In this document: positions 1 through 14,751 of the stretch, piece by piece
Position numbering within the stretch: the first letter of the stretch is position 1
Layout: each line of letters opens with the position of its first letter
Assembly (NCBI GenBank): GCA_964016885.1
Contig: OZ024742.1
Location: 77,252,001 to 77,316,000 of the forward strand
Reading direction: 5' to 3'
Origin: Eledone cirrhosa
Taxonomy: Eukaryota
Length of the DNA: 64,000 nt
Made by a program: the position numbers and the translations under genes
The notes under the pieces: model-generated
Seen by the model: the letters and a program-made list of their open reading frames with translations, nothing else
Database searches by the model: none
Told to the model about the DNA's origin: nothing

Positions 1-266
1 GTATATTTTTAAAAGAATTTGTTTTGAACCAAAAAAGAAATCACAATTATGCTAGCATTGGCACAGTTTCTAATTGCAGAATTATAAGTGCAGAGACACC
101 TTGTGTTTCTATTCTGTATGGTAGTATTGTCTGTGAAATTCTCAAATTCTATAGCAGCAACTACTATGGTGGGCGTTATTACCAGTGAAGTAATTAACGC
201 TACATGCTATCTTTCGTTATTAATTGAAAGCAGACTTAACAAGTTTTAAGATAATAGTTTTATATA

Positions 267-314
<48 letters not shown>

Positions 315-490
315 GGGGGGGTCTGTGTGTGTGTGTTTGTGTGTGTTTGTGTGTGTGTGTTTGTGTGTGTATGGATGTGTGTTTGTTTGTGTGTGTATGT
401 ATTTATATATACAGGTACGTATGAATGTATATGAGCGTGAAAGTGTGTATGTATATACGATGCGTATGTACACACGTATATGGACACACT

Positions 491-557
<67 letters not shown>

Positions 558-732
558 ACACATATATATATATATACTCACATGGATACCTCAATAGCAC
601 TGTTGTTGTAAAATGTCGAAGCACAGATTATATTCACATTAGACCATCAGTAGAAACAATTAAGTTAGCAGTGACTGTTTCAACTGGAATCAACTTGATT
701 AATACCGGAATTTGACTGAAATTATACTAATG

Positions 733-796
<64 letters not shown>

Positions 797-2816
797 TATA
801 CACACACACACACTCACACACACACACTCTCATACACACACGCACACATATATATATATATATATTCAAATGGCATCCAACATACACATCTATTATCGCT
901 GCTAGATTCTTGGAATTCCATTCAACAGCGAATAATATTAGCTCGCCGATTTGAAACTCCATTAATACGATACGAGATTTCGGGTGATACTTAATATTAA
1001 TGTACAAAAGTTATTCTGTTAAAATGCGCACTTCACAACTTCATATTTCTGGCTTATACGTAATACTTTAACTCGTTACTAGGTTTAGTTCTATGACTGT
1101 TTTGCGCAGAAGTACACATAAGTTTTCAGCTATATAGTTGAGTTAGTATACGTGAGACTTTCTGAAGAACAATGTAAATCGGAACGTTGAATCACTTCAG
1201 TTTATGCTAACATTTATCTCCAATATAGGATAATTAAATACCGATGATATATATATACTGTCGTTTACATGGTATTGTCCACCAGAAATCTATTGGAAGC
1301 GGTGCCTCATTAGATGAATAAAATATTCAGATATATTTAGTAAGTATGCTCTGACATTTCCCTCATTTACAATATGTTATTGTGCCCGACGTCGAATTGG
1401 GATGTACGCATGCGCTATCTGGAGCATCTTCTCGGAATAAAGATACCACTTGACATTAGCAAAGATATTTGATAAATGATTATATTAAACGCTCTCTTCA
1501 GCAATTGAATGCAAAATCAATCAAATTTTGCAAATGTTTCCATCAACAATCTACTCAAGTGTTCTTCTTTACTGCACTTGCAACTGGTTTCAATAGTAAC
1601 ACCATATCAGCCATGAAATCATTTTGTCCTCTCCTGTTTCTTGTTTATAAGTAATCTTTTGTTACCCACAAAGAAAGTTTTATGAATGTCATATTATATT
1701 ATTTGTAAATGTTGTGACTTTATTCTTCATAAATGATTATTTAGAAAAGCAAAATTTGGCAGCAGATGCGATCCATACTACAAGCCAAATTTTGAGAGAA
1801 ATAAATAGCATTTCTCATTTCTAGGATTATTCTGAATAAATAGATTTCCAATTTCAGGTCTCTTTTTTCATTCGGTGTTATATTTAGTCATTTATTTACA
1901 TTTAGAGATATCACGTTATAGAAATATTGTTTGGCTGTAAATGAGAGCGATTTAGGACCTGAATGATATAAATTGTAAACGTTTATATATTTTAAGATAA
2001 TTAAGGTTTCTTCTTTAAAAGTTGATATTATTTTAAATACATAACATACTTATCATATCCCTCAATGTTTCTTTTTTGATTTTCAAGAACTATGTTTTTT
2101 TTCGTTTCACATATCAGTGAATATCACATTTGATCAGTAAATATTAGTATAACACTGTACGAACGCATACAAATGCGAGTCTGATACGTATCACTTTAAT
2201 GATTATCATAACAATCATACAAACCACACAGTATTGCGCAAAGTATTGCATAAGCCAGTTAAACAAATCCAGTAGTTGGTGTCACTTGGGACCTAAATGT
2301 ATTCGTAAGTGAATAATCATAATTTTATATTATTAATATTCGGTTTGTTTGCAAATGCCATGTGTGTTTTCTAGATGACCAATGTTATCCATTAATTCCA
2401 GCGACAGGTGAAAAATAAAAGTCGTGAATTGTTTCGGAGTTTTTACTCATTATCGAGACTGTGTATTCTTGCCCCTGCTACCCGCTGAACCTGCTGAAAA
2501 TACATAGTTTTCTTAAATGTATACGACGGCTGATTACCCCCATACCGAGCAATATCACACGCGGCTTTTGCCGAAAATTATAAATACAACATTTGTTTTT
2601 GCCCGTAATATGGTGGATACCTAAATGTATTCGTGAGGGAATAATAGCAGTAATGAGAAAACGGAGTATATATAAGGGACAAAAACTCTGAAATAATTGT
2701 CGATTGTTTACTCGTAGCTACCACAGAAACAAAAGATGATGTTGGTCATCTAATACATGGTGTTTATGAGGCTGTTTGCTTGAAAACTAATCGATTATTA
2801 TTAATATTATGATATA

Positions 2817-3003
2817 GGGCGGTGGATTGGCAGTATCGGTAGAGGGTCGGACGCCATGCTTTCCAGCATAGTTACGTCCCTTTACGATCTGAGTTCAAAT
2901 CCCGCCGAGGTTGACTTTGCCTTTCATCCTTACGGTGTCGATAAAATAAAGTACCAGTAATGCACTGGATAATTGCTGGCCTTGTGCCTAAAGTAGAAAC
3001 AAT
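2817..3003 (+). mobile_element. tRNA-derived SINE, family 1
   Basis: A-box-like TGGCAGTATCGG and B-box GAGTTCAAATCC, followed by GCCTTTCATCCTTACGGTGTCGATAAAATAAAGTACCAG; at least 6 further copies in the window. Confidence 0.85.
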
Positions 3004-3141
3004 TAATATTATGATATTGTCATAATATTATTATTCACTTACTAATATACTTATGTATCCACCATATTAAGAACGAAGACAAAATTCATATATATATATA
3101 TACTGAGAGAGAGTGTGAGAGAGAGAGAGAGAAATAGAAAG

Positions 3142-3182
<41 letters not shown>

Positions 3183-3479
3183 TATATAGGAAATATATAA
3201 TCTAAATAAATAATTACAATATGATATATCAGAGAATACTATGGGAAAATACGTTATGAAATGTTGAAGTGTATTCAATATACAAGACGTCTAATGGTAT
3301 AAAGTTAATATTACATTATTGTGGAATAATATAGAATATAGTCGATCAATCTAACATGGAATTATTCAGAAAACTATACGAGCGGTCAGGAACCTGGTAT
3401 CATATTTTCACACTTCAATTGTTAAGTGAGAAGTAGCAAATACATTAAAAATGGCTAATCATATATATATATATATATA

Positions 3480-3900
3480 GTTTTGCGAGGTTTTTGATGT
3501 GAAATTGTGTGTTGAAACAAATATTGTTATACTTGGGGAAGGTCATATTTGTGTAATAATATTGCCAGAATTAATAACAGAACACACTCACTATTTGGTT
3601 GGTTTTCGCTTCTGTGTCTCGTATATATCGGTTAATTTAATTCATTAGGTCCTCAATGTTACCATTGACTAACCAACAGTCAAAAATACACATATAATAT
3701 AGACACTAACACATATAAATAGTCTAACAAAGTTCTTTCGTTGCACATCTGCAACATCGTCAGTAGTGCCATTATGTTTCCTCCTGTTGTATTGTATGCC
3801 TACGCCATCTTTATTTCGTCTGTTTATTTATTTATTTATTTATTTTTGCCTTCTTCTCTGCGCATGTGTTTGCGTGTGTGTATTGTGTTTGGGTGACTAT
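3480..3900 (-). mobile_element. Diverged solo PLE pseudo-LTR related to the 58359-62810 element
   Basis: Minus strand has CATGCGCA, AGATGGCGTAGG, an HHR-like core and ATGACCTTCCCCAAGTATAACAATATTTGTTTCAACAC in the same order as the pLTR at 62426-62810. Confidence 0.7.
3727..3766 (-). ncRNA. Hammerhead-like motif in pLTR
   Basis: CTGACGA-T-GTTGCA(GATG)TGCAAC-GAAA; stems I and III degraded. Confidence 0.5.
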
Positions 3901-5401
3901 GTATTGGTTATTGTATTCTATCTTAGTTTACTAGTGTGGTCGAGAGAAAAAAGACACACTTCTGATCGCCGCAGTTGTAAGTGAGAAGAGAACTGCTAAA
4001 CGGTCAGAAGAGGGGGTCAAAGTGAGAGGGAGAAAGGGAGAAGAATAAAGTGGGGTAAGAGCAGACAGGGAGAAAGGGAGTGGAAGAAGGAGTGAGAGTA
4101 GAATGTAGCGAAATAGGTAGGTAGACGGGTAGAGAAGAATGGTCACAGCGAAAACATGATGAAATATATGGAGAATAAAAATGGCTGTGTAGTTGCTTGT
4201 AAATATAGATAGATAAATAGATAGATAGATAGATAGATATATAGATTTGTTGGGGGCTGGCAGCAGTCACTGGAAGGCATTATTAAAGACTACTGGTGAA
4301 ATTAGTAATGTGTGACTGCTACTCAACACACATCCACGTGTTTAGCAACAGTAATATCCATAACAATTTAAATAAGGTGTATGAAATTAACCTATATGAA
4401 ATAATTTACAAGGCAGTGTTGTCCCCCGGATTGAGATTAGCAAATAATCGGCATCGATAGCAAGTGTTAACAGAAGCATTAGTGATAATGTTTGTAGATA
4501 TGGAACTAAGAGTATGGCTTCCATCACCATTCACAAAACACAGGTATTTTGCTAAAGTTTTGCACATAATTTTGTTAGTAAAATGTGATTCAGATCGATT
4601 CTGAAACCTGAGAGGACGAATACTCTACACCGAAATTCATAAACGTTCTTGAGATAAAATACTATGTACTGTCATCAATTTGCTTGCCTAGCAATAGCGG
4701 AAAACTATGATTGATATAATTTGTATTCAGAGATCTATTATCTTGAATCCACGTGGAAAACCTTTTTTTTTTCAATAATGTCGCAAAAATATAGAAAATA
4801 AGTCAAAGACATGAATTAATTATGTAGTAATTCGGTTGATTTCTGAGGCAAGTACATAGGTGTGTAACATTGACAACGACCACACAGATAGAAGCAGCTG
4901 TCGGTTGCTTCCACCCTTGATTTTGTTAGGACTGTGGACATGGTGTCGGCCACCAGCCTTAAAATATACGGTTATAGAGTTTCAAATGTTCATTCCTAAA
5001 CATATCGTATATTATTAGATATACAAAACTTATATACATGTATATACAGCTATGTTTGAGCGAACACCCAAAATCTATTATTTGTTCTGGCCGAACCAGC
5101 ATAATGCTCCGTATGCAAATGAGGCTAATCAGCCCATAAACATACATTTAAAACCTATGTTTGTAGTTTATTTGAGTTCCAGTATGAGGAAGGAAACGGG
5201 TGCGTCACCTTGACAACTTGACAACGCAAACACTGCCAGAAGCTGTTGCCGGCGGGCAGCACCTTTAAAGTTAAAAATTATAGTGCTTCAAATGTATATT
5301 CGTAAACTTATCGTATATTATTTGATTTACAAACCTTATATACATGTATGTATACAGCTATGTTGGAGTGAGCACCCTCTACACACACACACATATACAC
5401 A

Positions 5402-5557
<156 letters not shown>

Positions 5558-5644
5558 AGTTTGTTTTGAAACGGAGTTAAGTTTGAAATTTAGTTAAAAT
5601 AGAATCTTTCGCCGTATTAAATAGTTGAAAGCTTCTATTTCTAC

Positions 5645-5758
<114 letters not shown>

Positions 5759-5794
5759 TATATGAGTGTATGTGTGCATGTGTACGCTGATGTG

Positions 5795-5843
<49 letters not shown>

Positions 5844-5886
5844 ATGTGTGTGTGCATGTTACCGTGTATTTGTGTATATATATATT

Positions 5887-6251
5887 AATTCAAAATATTA
5901 ACAAAATAGATATTCTTGTGATCAAGTATATTTTATTAGACATATTTCAGAGGTACTGAGTTATTCAGTCATGGTAGTAGAATGACTACCATGACTACCA
6001 TGACTGAATCTTAACCATCTACTATGTCAGGGTATGTCCTGCATCATCTTATTTTATCTGATGAGGACCTACTGTTGAAGTTAACTCAGTACCTCTGAAA
6101 TATGTATAATAAAATATACTTGATCACAAGAATATCTATTTTGTTAATATTTTGAATTGATATTAATAAGTTTGGAAAACCAAATGTTGAGTGCTTCCAA
6201 TCTATTGTAAAACTCATTCTTTGATTTATTCATTGAACCTTGTTTAACTTT

Positions 6252-6252
<1 letters not shown>
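5887..6252 (+). mobile_element. PLE-terminal fold-back unit (HHR family A-like)
   Basis: 5887-5963 is the reverse complement of 6081-6159; flanked by TA-rich or (TA)n tracts; 3' tail contains GTTGAGTGC. Confidence 0.7.
6051..6115 (+). ncRNA. Minimal type I hammerhead ribozyme
   Basis: ATTTTAT-CTGATGA-...-GAAA-T-ATGT-ATA-ATAAAAT; stem I ATTTTAT/ATAAAAT. Confidence 0.6.
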
Positions 6253-6302
<50 letters not shown>

Positions 6303-6305
<3 letters not shown>

Positions 6306-6750
6306 AAAAAGAAAAGCCGAGGAGACGGTCCGCGAGGCATTTCGGCCAAAAAGCCACAGACTTCTATGCCGCCCGGCCGGGAAGGCGCGCGTTATTGGCG
6401 TCAACCGAGGAGTAAATTGCGGTGCTCCAGCGGTAACGGCGTCTTCTCTCGTGGGTTCGGTCGGGCGGTGGTCTGGAAAGGCAATTCGTCGATGGCGGCG
6501 ACGGCGGATACGGGCTGCAACGTGCGGGCGGGGTGGACGAGGGCGACGACGACGACGCATATAGGGTATCCGAGCACGCCTAACCCGTAACCTACGCAGA
6601 AAAGCGAAATCTGCAACGGCTAGCACCCTTCCCTTCACTTCACGTTGCTCCTTCTGCCTGGAGTTTCGACCGATAGATAGTACTAGCAACTGTAAAGACC
6701 AACGGAAACATTGTTTCCTCGGTCCGATTTGACGAAAGTCGATCGATCCT
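6303..6750. other. Unexplained GC/CpG-rich island
   Basis: Abrupt GC- and CpG-rich block between (TA)n and (TA)/(CA)n tracts in otherwise AT-rich DNA. Confidence 0.6.
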
Positions 6751-6784
6751 TATATATATACATTCACAGGCACACACACACGCA

Positions 6785-6884
<100 letters not shown>

Positions 6885-6892
6885 CACATATA

Positions 6893-6931
<39 letters not shown>

Positions 6932-8893
6932 TTACATAGCACGTTAACGAATGCATATATACTGGCATATGATTGTGTGTGCAGCTACTTCGTGTTTATT
7001 TATTTACATATTAAATGGAGACACTTCGATGCACTCAGCCTAATTACACCTCCATTGAATTGCAATAAATACGTGCACTGCCCCTACTATACACATACAA
7101 GTGTTTTATAATGCTCACTACAAACTTGTGTATAAATTCATTTTTCTTTTAATTTGTTTTCTTCACTAGCATTTACACTGGTATCGCTTGCCACTTGTCC
7201 GTGTTTAGATAGCAATTCATTCGGCACGCAGCTTACAGCTGAATGCCAGAGCGGAAGGAGCTGCTAAGAGAACGGTTTTCACTGAACAATAAAGAACATT
7301 TTCTCCACAGCTGTATAAATACTTTCTGATAGATATTCATGTATCACAAAAGAGCTGTTTGTCTGGATACGAAGCTCCAACTGAGTGAGCTGGGCTGTTA
7401 AGTGTTATGTAAGCTCTCTTTCCGTCGATGATGTATTTAACCATTAATTCACTCATGTATTCAATCATTATCATTTTTGTTCAGTTGTTTATTCGTTCAG
7501 TCGTTATTCGTTTATCCGACGATTTATGCATTTCTTAGTGTATGTGTTTAATGGAAAGAGGTCTTGCATTTCGCCTAATGCTCTTTGTAACTCTCTATAA
7601 TTATGTCAACCCTGTTTATTTGTGCGTTGTTAGAGATAACTATATTGCTTAAGCAGGATAATATAAGACTCCTTAACTATATGACTATATTTGTTTTATA
7701 TATATATATATGTGTGTGTGTATGTGTGTGTTTGCTACCAATGCCACAGGAACATTATTCAAGGACCTTGTCCAATCCTTTCCACCCACACATAAACATC
7801 ATAAGCTCTTTAACATACACACAGTCCACAACACCCATTCTAGCGGACACCATAGCATACACTAATAGGAGCAAAATACGCAAACACATACAAACACCCC
7901 AAACTACCACTAGTAGACCCCAAAATAACACCACACCGAGAATACCTATAATGCTCAACAACACGTAACTCCAACCAAAACTACGTATACGTGAGAGAGA
8001 GTATGTGCGTGTATATGTGTACATGATAACCAATGTAACTATTCTATATAAACATCCACCCGACCATATATTTACGTGTCTATGTGTGTGTACCTCGGCG
8101 TATTTTAGGTGTGTGCGCGTCTGAGGTGATATTCATATGGATGTATGTATGGATGTGAGCTCATTTGTGTGAGTCTCTGTATATTTATATTCTTCTGAAT
8201 ATACATGTGTACGCATGCATAATCATATGTGTACGCATGTATATTTATTTGTGTCCGCATGTATATTTATATTCTTCTGGTAGCCTCTTCACACAATACA
8301 AACTGCACCGGAGTTATGCCCTGCCCACACAGTTAATATTTTTTTTATTTGTCTATTTTAGTTTTTCAAACACTAATCACAATTTTTAATTCATTATAGT
8401 ACATTTATTCCTCATAGTGATAATACCCTTTAAGGAGCTATATATAGATAGGTTACAACATGCCCCACCCCTAACATTAACCTACTACGCTTATGTTCTC
8501 CTCTTTCCTGTTCTCTCACTCCGGTAAGGTACTGAATAACGAGCACAATCCTACCTCCCTCCTTAATACAGCACCGCACCCTTTCATCTCTGAACACGCA
8601 TAGTATACCGACCGCCTTCATATCACCGCATAAATGCCACAATGTCTATGATAGGCAAAAACATTACACTCCCACTACTCACATCAAACCTCGCTGCCCA
8701 CCACCACCTCGTCATTATGTTCATCCACGCCATCACCTATCGTATATGTTCAAATATTCCCCGTAGCAAAGCCACCACTCAAAACAACAAGAACTGACCA
8801 CCATATGACTGCGAATCGCTACAGACATCTCTCTACTTTATATGTTCATTCTCTCAATAAACGTAACGAAGGCATAACAATTCGTTCTATTTC

Positions 8894-10592
<1,699 letters not shown>

Positions 10593-10617
10593 ATATACAC
10601 AGAAATATAGAAAACAC

Positions 10618-10687
<70 letters not shown>

Positions 10688-10695
<8 letters not shown>

Positions 10696-11062
10696 GTCTA
10701 GCAACCACCGTTGCTCGTTTGTTCAACACTGACAAAGGAACGCTGTACTAGTTTCAAGCTTGTTAGCTATCGTCAGCAACCTATACCTTCCTGCCAGATT
10801 GTTGAACGTATATACTTACCGTCTGTATACATATATGTATGTACGTGTACATACTTATATTTAAGTAAAAGCCGTACTAAGAGTGGGAAATGAAATATCG
10901 TTTCATTTTTTCCCTGAGATTTGTGTTTGTAACAGATAATCCGTAGGCATCATCAGCGAGAGTTAAGATCAAACAGCTAAATGCTACACGAGTGAATATT
11001 TCACCTCGTTTGCGAGACGTCCAAAGTGGCGTGTGGATCGGCTATAAATGATAGCCTAAATT

Positions 11063-11100
<38 letters not shown>

Positions 11101-11510
11101 TATGTACACGTACATACATATGAAATTTCGTTTCATTTTTTTCCGTTTATCGTTTTCGGTGCACCCGGCTGATTAACCCACTCGATATGCAAATTGGGCT
11201 ACTCAGCCGTTAATATGCATAAGGTAAGTATATACGTTCAACAATCTGGCAGGAAGGTATACGTTGCTGACGATAGCTAACAAGCTTGAAACTAGTACAG
11301 CGTTCCTTTGTCAGTGTTTAACAAACGAGCAACGGTGGTTGCTAGACACTACGGCTTAATACGGGATGTTTGTTTACAAACACACCGAGCATTATAATAA
11401 ATGTTCGGTGAATCCATACGTGCATATATATATGTCTGCATGTATGTATATATATATACATACTACTGTACGTCTGTATACATATATGTATGTACGTGTA
11501 CATACTTATA
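10688..11510. mobile_element. Family B units in inverted arrangement
   Basis: 10690-10820 is the reverse complement of 11225-11352; HHR at 10742-10780 (-) and 11262-11302 (+). Confidence 0.75.
11262..11302 (+). ncRNA. Minimal hammerhead ribozyme, family B
   Basis: CGTTG-CTGACGA-TAGCTAACAAGCTT-GAAAC-TA-GTA-CAGCG; stem I CGTTG/CAGCG with one G-U pair. Confidence 0.7.
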
Positions 11511-11524
11511 CATATATATATATA

Positions 11525-13255
11525 TATAAACGTTTGTATATGTATAATAAAGCCAAAGCAATGCAGGATTGGACATAGAATAAAGAATGCGAATGCAAAA
11601 GATATTGTTGAAAATTAGTATTTTACCTTAGATTTATTTAAATGTCCTTAATTTTCGAGATAATATCTCTTCTTCGGAGGGAAGTAAAGCGGTTCAACCA
11701 GTGTTCTAAATAGCTTGCCAAGTCATGCTGACAGGAAATGGTATAGAGTATCTGTTCTATCTCTAATGTCAAAGAGTTAAGGTTAGGTGGATAAAGGGTA
11801 GTCTCCCTTTAAAATGTTTGTTTTTGTACATGCCTGTTTAAGTGTGTGGGAGAATGCGTGAATGTGAGTGTGAGAAGACATGTCTATACGTAAATGTGGG
11901 GGATAGACGTTCTCGTGTTAGAACTGGTCTTTGTGTGTGTATGTGTGTGGGTGAGAGAGAATAATTGGTGGTGTAAGCGTGTGTGTGGGGGGAGGCGTGC
12001 GTGCGTGTGTGTGCGTGTGTGTGGGAGTGGGTGTTAAATACCGGGCTAGATGCTCTATCAAGTTATAAATTGGGTGTTGAGTTCTAGTCTATTATTGATT
12101 GGTGGTAGCGTTTTGTCTATAATTAGTGCTTCCTTAATTCTAAGATTGCCGAGGTTTCTTACCTTAGTTTCTATCCTAACTGTTATGGTTTTGTCGGTGT
12201 TTTTGCATTTAACTAGGTGTTTCTTAAATGAGGAAGCGTTAGTATTGAGGTGTTCTTTTATTCTTATGTGGAGTGAGTGGTCTGGTGGTGCTACCTACGT
12301 AGAAGTTGCTGCATTTGTCGCACTCTAGACTGTATACGACACAGACCTATGCCACCAGGCTTACGTCGTATACAGACTAGAGTGCGACAAATGCAGCAAC
12401 TTCTATGTAGTTAGCACCACCAGACCACTCCACATAAGAATAAAAGAACACCTCAATACTAACGCTTCCTCATTTAAGAATCACCTAGTTAAATGCAAAA
12501 ACACCGACAAAACCATAACAGTTAGGATAGAAACTAAGGAAAGAAACCTCGGCAATCTTAGAATTAAGGAAGCACTGAGTATAGACAAAACGCAACCACC
12601 AATCAATAATATACTAGAACTCAACACCCAATTTATAACTTGATAGAGCATCTAGCCCCGCATTTACACCCCCTCCCACACACACGCACACACACACGCA
12701 CACACACACGCACGCACACACGCACGCACACACACGCTTACACCTCCAATTATTCTCTCTCACACACACACATACACAAACAAAGACCAGTTCTAACACG
12801 AGAGAACATCTATCTTCCATATTTACGTATAGATATATCTTCTCACACTCACACACACACACACACATACTTACACATTCACGCATTCTCCCACACACTT
12901 AAACAGGCATGTACAAAAAAAAACCTTTTAAAGGGAGACTACTCTTTATCTACCTAACCCTAACTCTTTGACATTAGAGATAGAACAGATACTCTATACC
13001 ATTTCCTGTCAGCACCACTTGGCAAGCTATTTAGAACACTGGTTTAACCACTTTACATCCATCCGAAGAAGAGATATTATCTCGAAAATTAAGGACATTT
13101 AAATAAATCTAAGGTAAAAGACTAATTGTCAACAATATCTTTTGCATTTGCATTCCCTATTCTATGTCCATACATGCATTGTTTTGGCTTTATTATACAT
13201 ATACAAACGTTTATACCTCATTACACAATGCTTCAAGTGAAATATAACTTCCTCC
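11525..13255. mobile_element. 5'-truncated PLE in inverted (fold-back) duplication
   Basis: About 11525-12340 is the reverse complement of 12365-13215; each arm holds a GIY-YIG remnant, 3' UTR and an HHR-like motif (13058-13096 +, 11645-11681 -). Confidence 0.85.
12362..12643 (+). pseudogene. GIY-YIG endonuclease domain of a PLE (not in the ORF track)
   Basis: Manual translation YVVYRLECDKCSNFYVVSTTRPLHIRIKEH...LRIKEALSIDKTQPPINN; the mirror arm reads FYVGSTTR. Confidence 0.85.
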
Positions 13256-13276
13256 ATATATATATATATATATATA

Positions 13277-13765
13277 TTTACAATATATTAGTAAATGGAA
13301 ACTATATTTATAAAACCATATTTATTTTATTATACATATTACAAGGGCAACCAAGCAAATTATGGTGCGCTTTCATCAGATAAAATACAGATTTGTTTTA
13401 TAAATAAATATTGACATACCCGGAAAATAAAAAACCTTAACGGATGGAGCTTCCTGGATAGTTGAGGTTGTCTTTTTTCCGGGTATGTCAATATTCATTT
13501 ATAAATATTGACATAAATATTGTTTTATACATAAATATTGTCAATATTTATTTATAAAACAACTCTGTATTTTATCTGATGAAAGCGCACCATAATTTGC
13601 CTTGGTTGCCCTTGAAATATGTATAATAAAATAAATATGGTTTTATAAATATATTTTCCATTTATTAATATATTGTGTATTTACTCCACTAACTTGTTGA
13701 GTGCTTTATATCAGTTATAAAAAATGTTTAAGCATGTTGAATCCCAACAAATTAAATATAACCTC

Positions 13766-13770
<5 letters not shown>
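13277..13770 (+). mobile_element. PLE-terminal fold-back unit, family A
   Basis: About 13277-13415 is inverted against 13537-13676; closely similar to 35762-36222; (TA)n on both sides. Confidence 0.8.
13569..13632 (+). ncRNA. Minimal hammerhead ribozyme, family A
   Basis: ATTTTAT-CTGATGA-AAGCGCACCA...TGGTTGCCCTT-GAAA-T-ATGT-ATA-ATAAAAT. Confidence 0.7.
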
Positions 13771-13804
<34 letters not shown>

Positions 13805-13806
<2 letters not shown>

Positions 13807-14635
13807 TAAAGTTAGTCCTTCATCAGTGATCTTCCAACCTTCATTGGTATTTCATCGCTTTAAAGACCATATACCTCCGGTTGGTGCGAGCAATAACTAA
13901 AAAAGTCGTTGGGACACGTAAATAAGGGGAACGAGCGAGACTGTAAACAATCAAAGAATGCAACGAAAATTGAGGAAGAAGGAGTCAAGTCCCAGAATTC
14001 TATGAATATAAGTTCTGTGAAATCGTGGACGAGAGAGCATAAAGACCATCAAACCTAGTCGTAATGTGAGCAAGGAAAGAATTTCGCACAGGTCAAACCG
14101 GAGGTAGAAGGAATCCAGTCCCTGAATTCGATGAACATAAGTTCTGTGAAATCGTAGACAATAGAGAAAAAAAGGAACAACCAAATTGGTCAAAGTCTGC
14201 GCGAGGAAAGAATTTCGCACATGTCAAACGGGAGGAAGTAGGAGAGGCAGTAGCAGAAAGTGAGTGAGTGAAGTGTAAGGAAGAGGCTAACAGAGAGAGA
14301 GACTGTTAGAGAGGGTAAGGGGAGGTGAAAGATACAGAGAAAGAGGAAGCAGTAAGAATGAAAAAGACGGGTCACAGCGGGGGAAAATATATATGTGTGA
14401 ATATGAAAACAAAATGTGCTGCGTGGTTGCAAATGGGTTACATGTGAATAAATTTAGTCCTTCATCAGTGATCTTCCAACCTTCATTGGTATTTCATCGC
14501 TTTAAAGACCATAAATTTCCGGTTGGTGCGAGCAACGGCTAAAAAAAGTCGTTGGGACACGTAAATAAGGGGAACGAGCGAGACTGTAAACAATCAAAGA
14601 TAGTAATGCAACGAAAAGTGAGGAGGAAGGAGTCG
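13805..14635 (-). repeat. Tandem non-coding repeat family D
   Basis: 13812-13985 is repeated at 14454-14633; reverse-complement homology to 26680-27590 and partial homology to 3990-4200. Confidence 0.75.
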
Positions 14636-14644
14636 TGTGTGTGT

Positions 14645-14751
<107 letters not shown>

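Noticed and set aside
2480-2492. ACCCGCTGAA resembling the 5' end of 28S rRNA
   Set aside because: The match stops after about 10 nt
2817-2910. A/B boxes as a tRNA gene
   Set aside because: No cloverleaf; continues into a multi-copy SINE body
4960-5378. Diverged direct repeat of about 110 bp with a GAAAC...GTC motif between the copies
   Set aside because: No intact CTGANGA core or stems; too degraded to call an HHR
6579-6593. CCTAACCCGTAACC as a telomerase RNA template
   Set aside because: An extra G breaks the repeat register, and no pseudoknot or H/ACA box was identified; kept only as a note in the GC-island finding
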